A stretch of 49,261 nucleotides of DNA from the NCBI GenBank assembly GCA_943704425.1, contig CALSCP010001513.1:22016-71276 (forward strand). The letters run 5' to 3'. Source of the stretch: Ministeria vibrans ATCC 50519. Lineage: Eukaryota > Protista > Filasterea. A program made the position numbers and the translations under genes. Shown in pieces: positions 10,517-21,227 of this stretch. The notes under the pieces were generated by a model. It made no database searches. It was not told where the DNA came from and saw only the letters and a program-made list of their open reading frames with translations. The stretch's first letter is position 1. Each line of letters opens with the position of its first letter.

Positions 10517-12292
10517 TCACTCCTCATCACTACTGCTACTGTCATCCCCCATCCCTGCCACGCCTCCTCCCCCGGCACCACCGTCCAGCCCTGCCGCATG
10601 AAACGTCCGCTTCCTCGGCCAGTACTTGACGGGGAAAAAGTCGCGCAAAACAGGCCCGCCGCGCCCGTCGTCAGTGAGCAGCTGACGCGCAAGGGCGTCC
10701 CAGTCGCGGAAATCCTTAAAGTCCTGTTCGCACTTCCAGGGCTTCTCGCTGACATAGTGCACGAGGGCCACTGGTTCGTCGCATTTGTCCTGCTTCCACG
10801 CAATACAACCAAACCGACGGTGGAGGTGGTGCCAGTGGCGCTGCCACAGACGCGTCGCAAGCAGCTCGTCGGGCCCCAGATAGCGCAGGGGGTCGCCGTA
10901 CTCGCCGGGCGCAAGCAGACGCGACACCTCGGCAAAGGCAGCGTCGCTGGGCTGTAGCAGCATCACCGCACCGCGGATGCCATAGTCCGACAGCGACTGT
11001 TCCACCAGCTCCTCGGGCAGAGCCTGGCCGTGCATGCGTGCGTCGTCGTCGGGTGCAACCACTGAGCACTGCCCAGCGGGCGTGCGCACGTCGAAAATCG
11101 CGTCGGGATTGCTCTTGCAGATCATGTCGGCGTCGCACAGACACACTGTTGTGAAGCGCACCCCTGCAGCTGCGCCCAGACGCGATCGCAGTACGTTAAA
11201 TTTCGTAAAACACCCGTCAATCCACGAGGCATAGAAGCGCTCCTGGAAACGCTTGGAGGTCTTGCGAATGGCACGCGCTCGCAAATAGGGCACCTCTATG
11301 ACATGATCAAATACATACTGCAGTGCCTCGCGCGCTGCAATCGACACATCAGGCGTCACCATGCACACAAGGGCCGCTTTGGTCTTGTGCTGCAGCAGCG
11401 AGTAGGCAAGGGTCGCAGCGGCACACACGTATGAGTCGCCGTTCATGACGAGCGTCACAAACGCGTGTGAGATGGTCTGTAGGTCATCGTCCATTGCCGT
11501 GTCCGTCGGTTGGAGCACAGCAGCAGCAGTAGCATCAGAAGCAGCAGTAGTAGTAGTCGAAGCAGTAGTAGTACTGGTGGTGGTAGAGGGAAATGAGGGG
11601 GCGCTGTGGTGGGGACGCACTGACGGCGACTGCGGCACGCTACTGGTGGTACTCATGCTGCCACTGCGGCTGCGTATTCTGTTGTTCAAAAGCGTGCTGG
11701 CCTGGTCGACAAGGTGTTGCTCGTGCGTCGAGGCGAACTCTTGCTTGGCAGCCGCCATAAGCTCACTCTGAGCGCGTGTCGAGTCGCCAGCAAACGCCTC
11801 ATGAAACACAAAGCGCACCTCCTCGTCCGCAAGAGCCACTGCTGCGTGCGCGTCGCCATCCCTGCCGCTTCCCTTGTAGGCGGATCGCCACAGCACGGCG
11901 AGACTGCCTTGCCGCAGCTGGCGCAACACAGTGGCGACGGGCGGGTTGGAGTCGTGCACAGACAGTTCCCATTCGTGTGCAATGCGGGCCACTTTGCACA
12001 GTCGTCGACGCACCGTCAGCAGGAACCGCCCAACCGCCGACCCCACCGCCGTCTCCTTCTTCTCCACTGCCGCAGCTTCACCGTCAACAACAATCGCCGC
12101 CAACTGACTCCAGGCGTTCCCTGTCGAGTGATCTGCGCGCTCTTCAACATCTTTGAGGATCTCCGCCACAAATCCAACTCCTTTGACTTGCACACCCGCC
12201 TCCCCCTGAGCATGCCGTGCCGCCTGAGCGTACAGCGACGCCAGGCGTTCTCGAACAATACCAACCGTGCAGAGCATAAATTGAATGGTCAT
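10517..12292 (-). CDS. Intronless GT8 (glycogenin-fold, viral P13-like) glycosyltransferase with unknown N-terminal domain
   Basis: AFVTLVMNGDSYV, LVCMVTPDVS, FTKF, CDADM (DxD motif), GPDE and VHYVSEKPW. Confidence 0.85.
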   Translation of the reverse strand: MTIQFMLCTVGIVRERLASLYAQAARHAQGEAGVQVKGVGFVAEILKDVEERADHSTGNAWSQLAAIVVDGEAAAVEKKETAVGSAVGRFLLTVRRRLCKVARIAHEWELSVHDSNPPVATVLRQLRQGSLAVLWRSAYKGSGRDGDAHAAVALADEEVRFVFHEAFAGDSTRAQSELMAAAKQEFASTHEQHLVDQASTLLNNRIRSRSGSMSTTSSVPQSPSVRPHHSAPSFPSTTTSTTTASTTTTAASDATAAAVLQPTDTAMDDDLQTISHAFVTLVMNGDSYVCAAATLAYSLLQHKTKAALVCMVTPDVSIAAREALQYVFDHVIEVPYLRARAIRKTSKRFQERFYASWIDGCFTKFNVLRSRLGAAAGVRFTTVCLCDADMICKSNPDAIFDVRTPAGQCSVVAPDDDARMHGQALPEELVEQSLSDYGIRGAVMLLQPSDAAFAEVSRLLAPGEYGDPLRYLGPDELLATRLWQRHWHHLHRRFGCIAWKQDKCDEPVALVHYVSEKPWKCEQDFKDFRDWDALARQLLTDDGRGGPVLRDFFPVKYWPRKRTFHAAGLDGGAGGGGVAGMGDDSSSSDEE

Positions 12293-12345
12293 AATAAATT
12301 GATTAAGATGTGAGTGATTAGTGATGATACAATTTATTAATAATT

Positions 12346-15300
12346 ATGTCATCTCGAAGTCTGGCGGTCGATAGCTCCGACGAGACGCCTTTGGGCCAGC
12401 GCTGGCGAGCAATGAAGGCGCGCAGCAACGACAGCAGCCGCCCCCGACTCAGCCTGGATCTCCACCACGCCATCAGCGACAGGTAGCGCCTCCTTGCGCC
12501 CCCGCTCCCTCCCCGCATCCCGGTCTCTTCCGTTGAGCACCTGCTCCCTACAGCCCCTCCCCCTTGTCTACCATTTCCTTCGCTTTTTCCCTAACTTCTT
12601 TCGCTTTGCCCTTCTTTTTTTTTCTCTCTCTCTCTCTCCCTTCAGACTGCGACGTCTGCAACAGCAACCACCGCAGCAGCAGCACGGCGACGCGTCCGGC
12701 GGGTCGTCGGTGGTCACGCCCACATCGGCGACGCCTGTGTTGGGCGACGAGGGCAGCTCGAATGGGCTGGGCAGCGCGTCTGCGTCAGCAATGCTTCCGT
12801 CCAGCGGCAGCAACGGGGCTCCGCTTGCGTCCAGCTCGCTCCTCAACGCAAGCATGGTCTCGAGCGGCACGGCCCCGGGCATCAGCGACGACGACGACGA
12901 CGACGACAGCTCGGCAGCGGCGCCCGTCGCCCTGGCAGCCGGCGCGACGACCGCTCGCCGTGGCAAGCTGGCGCTGCGCAAGCCTCGCAAGGAGATTCTC
13001 GCCAAGCTGATGGAGTACGAACGAAAACTTGACACGGAGCGCAAGGTTCGCAAGGGCTACGAAGAGATTGACGAGGCACAGCGCAAGCTGGAAGGGTCCG
13101 GTGGCAAGATGGACAAGAACTGGGACATTGACATGGAAAAGAAGCTGCAAAAGAGCGACATGAAGATTGAGAAGCTCGAGAAAAAGCTCGAGAAGTACAG
13201 AGGTTTTTTAGAGGTACTAAGCAAACAGCGGGGGATTGTACCTTATTGTGTATTTTTAGGCTGCTCCTGAAAAAGATGAGACGTCAAACAAAGTCACCGC
13301 GTAAGTCGAAAAGAACACCTGGTTGGCCATCAACATTAATTTGTTTGGGTGGTTTTTTTTTTGTGTGTAGCTTGGATTTGGTGAAATCGACAAAACGGTT
13401 TTTGGCGGAACCATTTACAAAGTACGGAAGAAAATAAATATCAGGAGAGAGTTTAATGGAAAATAATGTGTTTTGTAGTAAGAAGGAGAAGAAGAGTGGG
13501 AAAGAAAGAGCAGAAAAGGACCAAACGATGGCAATGTCATTTGAAGCGAATGCGCAACGGAGGTACCACGCATCAGAAAGAATGAGTGTGATTGGCTGAC
13601 ATTATTTTGGTGGCTTTCAGTCATAGTCGTACAAACAGCAATGACCTACCATCATCTCAATCACTCCCAGCCACAATGACAACAACATCAACATCAACAG
13701 CAACAACAACAACATCCATTGCCTCCGTTGCAAACACCTCTGCAACTGCCTCTCTCTCCGCCCTTCCGTCCTCCGCGCCCAATCCGGCATTTCTCCACCA
13801 TGACTCCCACCCCTCCTCCCTCCACACCCTCACTCCCCCCTCCGTCCCCTCCTCCACCCCTTCCTCTGCCTCCACTTCAGCCCCTCCTCCCCCTTCCACA
13901 TCTGCCGCTGCTTCCACCTCTCAAACCACAACTCCTTCCTCTCCTCCTCCTCATAACCCTTCACTGCCTGCTCTTCCCTATCACTCTTCTGTCGAGGCTG
14001 CAAAGGACACCTTCTCAAAACGAAGAGTAACAACACATGCAATCAAACAAACTTAACAAACTTATCCTTACACATGCTCACACACTTTGTCTATCTCTCT
14101 ATCTCTTTGTTCTTTCTCCCTCCCTCTCCTCTCTCTCTCTCTCTCTTTGTTCTTTCTCCCTCCCTCTTCTCTCTCTTTTTATCACTTTGTTTCTTTTTCC
14201 CTCTGCTATCTTACTCACTTATTTACCAGAATGCCTCTGTTGACGCTCTGGCCGTTGCCAACCCAGTTACTGAGGTCATTTTAAAAGAAACTGTTGCCCG
14301 TCTCGACTCAGACAGACGCAATACGGAATCTCAGCTTCAGGTAAATAGAATAGAATAGAATGAGAGTCGTTGTTGTGTGTCTAACCTTTACGTGTGTGTT
14401 GTGTGTTGGGATAGGAGCAAATTGGTGAAATCACGGGATCACTGAAAGAGCACTATTCTGCACTTGAGCAACATGTGGAAGGGAACTTGGCTCTGATGGT
14501 CAGCCAGCCAAACTCATACGAATGAAAAAACAACTCACACTGATAATGGTTTTTATTGTATGTGGTTAGGCAACTCGTACGGATATGGATGCACTGGTGC
14601 AAGATGTGCGGTCTGTGTTGGGTGATTTCCATGAGGAGATGAACAAGCTTAAGCGACATCAAGAAGAACGGTACACAACTCGAAACAACAAACGTTTACG
14701 TTTTCATTTTTTTTGTGAGCCTATGCAACCCACTCACTGAATAAGTGCTTTGTTTTTCTTTCGTTATGCTTGCGTACTCATTCTTCGTTGTTCTACATAG
14801 GGAAAAGGAACTCGATGATCAGATTGAGAGTCTACAAGAACAACTGACCAGCTCGATGAGCAAGACTCAGCTGCTCGAGAGCCAATTGTTGCACTTTTCA
14901 ACGCCCTCCCGTCTTTTCCGCTTCCTAAAAAGCGTTCTCAATGTCCTCTTAACCTTCTTTGCGGTGCTTCTCGCTCAGGGGTTCAACTTATTTATGTTCT
15001 TCAAGTACCATTTCTTCGCGCTGCTATTGTAGTTTTAATTTTAATATTTGTTTTGTTTTGTTTCGTGTTTATTAGGGCTCTGACGGGACGCGAGAAGAAT
15101 CCGCAGTACAAGGATGTGGGACTAGCAAACATGAATGGGGAAATGTATGCATTTGTGGGGTCTGAAGGGAGTGGGTTCTTGCCAGAAGACAGTCGGAACC
15201 ACTCGAGCAGCAGTGGGGCGGGTGGTGTTAGTGGAGGAGGAGGAGGAGGGCAGGCGGGCGATGATGAGCTGTTTGAGGATGCTGAGGATATTGGCTGTAT

Positions 15301-15679
15301 GAGTGTTGTGCGGAGTGGTGCGAATGGCAGTGAGCAACTGAATGCAAACAACAATGGAGGAGGACACAGCGTCAGCACCAATGGGTCGACGGAAGGGACG
15401 GAAGAGCGAGACGATGCGTATGGCTCAGCAGTGCCACGCCGGCTTACGAACCCCACCGCTGCCACCACCAGCAGCAATTCCGAGTCTTTATCAAGCACCG
15501 TCGCCAGCACACCCCGTCACGGCAGTCAGGCGAGTGCCTCGAGCGACAGCACGGCCATCCCCCTGCTTGAGCGACGCACCTCGACTATGTGGGAACAGAG
15601 CTGGAACGACATTGTCGATGCTGCCCCTGAGTCTTCTTCTGCCGAACCCAAGCCCAACGTCCGCCGCAGGCGTGTATAA
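12346..15679 (+). CDS. TMCC/TEX28-like transmembrane and coiled-coil protein, about 9 exons
   Basis: Coiled coil EKKLQKSDMKIEKLEKKLEKY resembles TMCC (EKKNQKSA..I..LQKKLE.Y) and is also HR1-like. A second coiled coil is followed by the TM segment VLNVLLTFFAVLL. Introns keep the frame. Confidence 0.65.
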
Positions 15680-15795
15680 AGCGTATATTATTATTAGTAG
15701 TATTAGTATTATTAAATTTTTAGGATTATTATTCCATAATAATTATTTTCATCTGTACATACACAAAAATTACAACACTTTCATCTATATAATAC

Positions 15796-17189
15796 TCAAC
15801 GGGATTTTGCGGCCAAATCCATTTTGTCCACAATGAGATACATCGAGTCTGCGAGAGCAGTGTACTCTCTGCGATGAGCGGGAGAGGACTCGGCCAGCTG
15901 GTCAATGCGGTCAAGGAGACCACGCTGCGGGGACCAGCAGGTGGCCGCCATGCGCTCCTCAATGGCGCACCAGTGGCCTTCGTCAACAGCCCTGCGCGCC
16001 ACTTGGCCCGTGCAGTGCTCCACCAGCGGCAAAATCTCACTTGTGCTCCCTGTGCACCCCATGAACCCTTGTAGGTACTTCTTGACAACTTGGCCCTTGG
16101 AGATGTTGAGACTCTCGCCCGTCACGACCAGATTGACCGGCCCATTGATGAGTCGCTCACCGACAGGTTCCATCACTCGCTCGAGTGTGCGCCCACCCGT
16201 CACCAGTGCGGCGTCTTTGAACTCGACTGCCGCATACACAAGCGCGTTAAACCATTCCTGGACCTACAATATGAAGGGGCGGGGATGGGGATGAGGGTGT
16301 CGTTCGCATTCATGCAGATCTCCAATAAAGAGCGTAGCTTTACTTCATGAACGTGGTCGACGTGCGGCTTGACGACACTCTGTGCGCCTGTGTATGCATC
16401 ACAGCGACCTGTCAACTCCCAGACTGTGTCGCGTTGAGCAGATATGTTGAGGTCACGCAATGCGTGTTTGTGGCAAAAGCCCATATCGCGTTCTTGCAGG
16501 AGAGCGCCGCAGCTCAGACAAATGTCTGTGTTGAAGTTGCGCTCAAATCGTTTGCGCACTGAGACGCGCAGCTCTGAGGGAAGCGTACGCCGCTGTTGTC
16601 GTTTACTCATAAGCCCATAGACGTCGTCAACATTGATGCGCTGGTCCCATGGCAACACTATCTCGTCGGTGGCAGAGCGGCCGTCGTTGTCGGCGCCCAA
16701 GTCGAAAGTTGGTGGTGGAGACAGACTGCGTCGACCGCCTGTGTACGGCACGGGAGGCTCTCTTGGCGGTGTGGGCGTCTTGCGCGCAGCCGTGCCGTCA
16801 GTGCGACGATCGGGGGTGCCGAGGTGCACGGGGTCCTTTGAGGGAGCATCGTCGTGTGTCCAGGGCACCTCCTTGAGGCAGACACGGCAGGGCAGAAGGT
16901 TGCGCGAACGCGCTTCGTCCAACGACACCGTCGAGAGCGACAGCGCCGCCCGGCACGGGTGCGTGTCACTATGGTATCGCTTTCCTGCTGACGTGCGTGG
17001 CACCCGCACCACATTGGGTGGGACAGCGGCAGAGACACAATCAGTTTCGTCGCCAAGAGTGTTCTGGTTGAGTAAAGTTGGCGGTGCCGAATTTCCCGCA
17101 ATCGGTGACTTTCGCGAGGGACTATTGACGGGGATCAGTTCGTCGGGACTACCACTCGGTCCGAGGCATGGACATAACAAGTTTCCCAT
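15796..17189 (-). CDS. HNH-nuclease-like protein, about 437 aa, with N-terminal acylation motif and zinc fingers; exons 17189-16344, 16263-15796
   Basis: MGNLLCPC; KRYH..C..L.EA....PCRVC; CLSC..FCHKH; DAYTG..HVDHVHE..NGPVNLVVT..LNISKG. Confidence 0.7.
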
Positions 17190-17296
17190 CAAGGAAAAGA
17201 AAGGGAGAGATAAAAAAATGAACTCCTTTTCTCTATTCGATGATCACCCATCAAACGACAAATTTAACAAAAATCGGTCTCACTTCTTTTCGTGTA

Positions 17297-17554
17297 ATGA
17301 CGGCTCCGCCGACAGTGTGCGTCCATGAGATGAAGGGGCATGAGGGAGCAGTGCAATGCGTGCGGTTCAACTCGCAAGGCTCGTACGTGATGTCGGGAGG
17401 ACGAGACAAAAGCGCACGGCTGTGGAATCCGCACTCGGGCGCACTGATCAAGGCGTACCACGGCCAAGGGAGAGACATTCTTGGGCTGGCAATGTAAGCA
17501 CGGGGGGGAAACACAACAGACGTTGGAGCGACGGTTGTACTGACAGCCGCTCTC

Positions 17555-17601
<47 letters not shown>

Positions 17602-18630
17602 CTGTGCGGCGGGTGGGGCGGTGTAGAACGCACGACAGCAGTCGCTTTGTGTCGTGCGGCTCAGACTCCGCCATTGTTCTCTTTGACGTGTCGACTGGGA
17701 ACATCATCACCAAGTACCGTGCTCACACTGCGGTAAGCTCGCGTTTTTCCAAGAGGAAGCGGAAATGAGATGCAACGCACCAATTTTTCTGACTTGCGAC
17801 GTAGCGAGTCAATGAAGTTCGGTTCAATGCGGACAGCACGCTGCTCGCATCCGCCTCGTACGATGCCACAGTGCGCATCTGGGACCTGCGTGCACACTCG
17901 CGCACACCCATTCAGGAACTGAGCGAAGCCAAAGACAGCGTCTCAAGTGTGTTTGTAACGCATCGCGAAATCATCACAGGATCCATCGACGGAAATGTCC
18001 GTGTTTACGATGTGCGCGCAGGTCGTCTCTCGGTCGACTGTGTGGGCCATCCAGTGACCTCAGTGCGTCTGTCGCATGATGGAAATTGCATTCTCGCCAC
18101 GTCGCTCGATGGCGTTGTGCGCTTGCTTGACAAAGAGTCGGGCGAACTGCTGAGCCAGTAAGGAAAATGAGAGACGATGGCCATACTAAGCAAGTGTGTA
18201 TATGCATTGCTAACTATTTGCTGTAGCTATAAAGGACATCGCAATAAGGAATATCGAGTTGAGAGTGCACTAACGTCAGTCAAACAAAGAAACGAGAGAG
18301 AAACGAGAGAGTTCCTCAACGTCTGTTTTTGGTATTTTTCATTCTTTTTCTTTTATAGACACACAGACGAACATGTTGTGAGCGGAAGTGAGGATGGGAA
18401 GCTGTACTATTGGAGTCTTGTTGAGGTATACATATATATACTCTATCTGTAGGAATCAAACACGTTCTCAACGTTTTTTTCTGTGCTAGGGTGAACTCGT
18501 GGCCACTGTAAGTGCACACCCTGTCCGGTCGATTGTGACTGCTGTTGATACGCATCCGTCTACCGCATGTGTGGTGTCTGCTGCAACCGATGGTTCGATC
18601 AAGTGCTGGAAACAATCGTCCAATGATTGA
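17297..18630 (+). CDS. WDR83: WD repeat protein 83 (MORG1)
   Basis: GHEGAVQCVRFN..G.Y, LWNPHSGALIKAY, PIQELSEAKDSVSS, LLDKESGELL..YKGHRN and SGSEDG. Confidence 0.92.
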
Positions 18631-18724
18631 ATAGTTACAGTGTTAGTATTATTATTGTGTTTCTCGTTGTACATAAAAATATCTCCTTTTTCTTTCAAAG
18701 ACAAAAAAGTAACAACCCGCTCGC

Positions 18725-21031
18725 TCAATAGCGAAAACGACACTGATGCGCCTCAGAGCGTCGCTTAAGCGCATCCAAATATACCGACGGTACTCCCTCT
18801 CGGCGCAACTGCCCAATTTGCGACTCTCTCAACCGTTCCATCTCCTCTCTGTGTCTCCCTTGCTTTTCCCGCTCTTTTTCGCCCTCTTGCTCTTCGCGCT
18901 CTTTCTCTTCCCTTCGCAGTCGCGCTCTCTCACTCATTTGCATCCGCTGATAGTTTCGCGTTTCCTGAGCCCTTCTCATTCGTGTCTCTTCGCGCTCTCG
19001 TTCCTTTTCCATATCGCGCATTGTTCGTTCAATCATAGTCGAAAGTGCGTCCTTTAAAAAAAACAAGATTAATATTATTCTCTATATTTAATGTCTCCTT
19101 CTTCTTCTCGTTTCTTCATAGTCTGAAATCACACTGTTTCTTCCGTACCATTTCCTGTCTCTGTGCCACTTCCCTGTGATGTGCCTTTTGTGCCATTTGT
19201 GCTTTTCTTGTCTGCATAACCTAAATGAAGAATACACCCCCATGTAGTAATGATACCGCAAGGAAGAAGAATTTTCATATAAAAACATAATAATTATTAT
19301 TATTAATTATTTAAGGATTGACAATTATTCATTCTCCGTTTTCTACTTTAATGTGTCTACCTCTTGTTGAAACTGCTCTTTTTTTCTCGCTTCTGCCATT
19401 TGCTTTGCTCTCCACTCTCTCTAAAGTGAAACATAAATTATTTACAGTCAAAAGATTCAATACCACAGGCGAACAAAAAAAAGAAACAAAACTAATAATT
19501 ACCTCTTCGGCTTCAAGAGCCCTGCGCACCAACAGGGCGTCTCTGCGAGCATTGCTGAGAAGCGTACGCTCGCCCTGCGCATGCATCTGCGCATGCACTC
19601 GCTCCCGCTCCCGCTTCGCTTGTGCCTCTGCGCGTTCCCTCTCCTCCTCCGCGATCGCCTTTTCTCGCTGAAAAGTCATCATTGCGTCTGTCTCTGCCTG
19701 TTCTCGCGCACTCTCTCGCGCCCGCTTCCACTCTTTGTCTCGCTGGCTTGTTTCCATGTCGCGCCGCAGTCGCTCACTGCGCTCCTGCGCCCGTGCCACC
19801 CTCTCCCGCTCTTCCTGTTCCCGCGCCCTCTCACTCTCCCGGATGACCCGCTTCCCTTCTTCCCATCGCGCCTCTTCCGCCAGCGCCCGCTCAACGCGCC
19901 TCTCTTCCATCTGTCTCCGCAGTGCATCTCCTCCCTGTCGTCCCTTTCGCTCTCGCTCTCTCTCCTTCCGCTGCTCCTCCTCCAACTTCCGCACCCGCTC
20001 CCGCTCTATCTCCGCATTCAGTCGCTGCTCCTCCGCACTCTTGCCCCGACGTCGCTCCTCCCGTTCCCGCTGCTGATGGTCCACCACTGCATACGCTCGC
20101 GCCGAGCCCACCAGACTCATCAGGAACTTGGCATCGTCGTTCTGGCGCGCCTGACTCTCGCGCGCCGCTCGTCGCATCGCCTCGGCGCGCTCCTCTTGCT
20201 CCACATCCGCCGACGATGGACGCACATTGCTTGCAGCTGCCTTGGCCGTGGCCATGCTACTCATGTGTTCCTTGCGTGCCTGACTCGCTTCAGCCGATGC
20301 TACTTGCTCGTCGTGCAGTCGTTGAAAGTGTGCCTGTCGTTCAGCGTCGCTGATCACTCGCGCGCGATGCTGAAAGAAGTCAAATTACAACAATTATTAT
20401 TATTATATTATCAGTATAACGATAATCTAGTTGCGCGTGCCTTGATGGAGTGCAAATCGGTGGACCCCAAGAGCACCGTGGGAGCACTCGGCTAAAATGC
20501 GTAAAAATATTATTTTAATGATATATGATACGGTTCTCGTCACAAATATCGTACTGTTGGGGCGGTGGTAGTTTGATGAAGGCTCTCACGATGGCCGTGT
20601 ATGGCAAAGGGCGGCCGGGAGTGCTCTTTCCCCCCACCACTTCTGAGTGACGAGTCGAACGACTGCTCCTGAGTCTGCCCTGTGCCTGCAAGGTACATTG
20701 GCGATAACGCATCACGCGAGGACACTCTGTGACCCACTCCGTACAACTGTGATGTACTTCCAAACCCTTTGGTACTGCAGGGAATGAGAAAGGAAAGATG
20801 AGGTTTGTTTTGTTCACCATGGCAACGAGAAAAAACCCCAAACGTTCGCTCATACCTTTCGCGCGGTCGCAACGTGCGCACCAAATCCTGGGTGACCACA
20901 ACAATGCTTCCACTGCGACGGAGTGGATCGCGCTGTCGGGGCTCGGCAGTGGTGGCTCGCGATCCAAACCTGTCATGGTACTGTCGACTCTGTCGTGCCG
21001 AACTCACCCTTGAGGAAGACGAAGTTGGCAT
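18725..21031 (-). CDS. CFAP45: Cilia- and flagella-associated protein 45 (TPH domain); includes a probable GC-AG intron 20440-20370
   Basis: VVTQDLVRTLR, DDAKFLMSLVGSARAYAVVDHQ, DALLVRRALEAEEREWR and C-terminal LRREGVPSVYLDAL. Long E/R coiled coil. Confidence 0.8.
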
Positions 21032-21227
21032 TGTGGTCACAGAATAACAAATGGGTAACAAAAAAGAACTGTATGTAGCCAGTAAGTTAGATTCAAGTTA
21101 GACTTAATGACTAAAAGAGATCTGATTGACAAGTTATTTGAATTTCCTTTTCAAAATTTACATTAATTTTTTGATTTTCCAAAAAATTTCTTTGTCCTAT
21201 ACTTTTTATTAATAAATTTAATCAATT

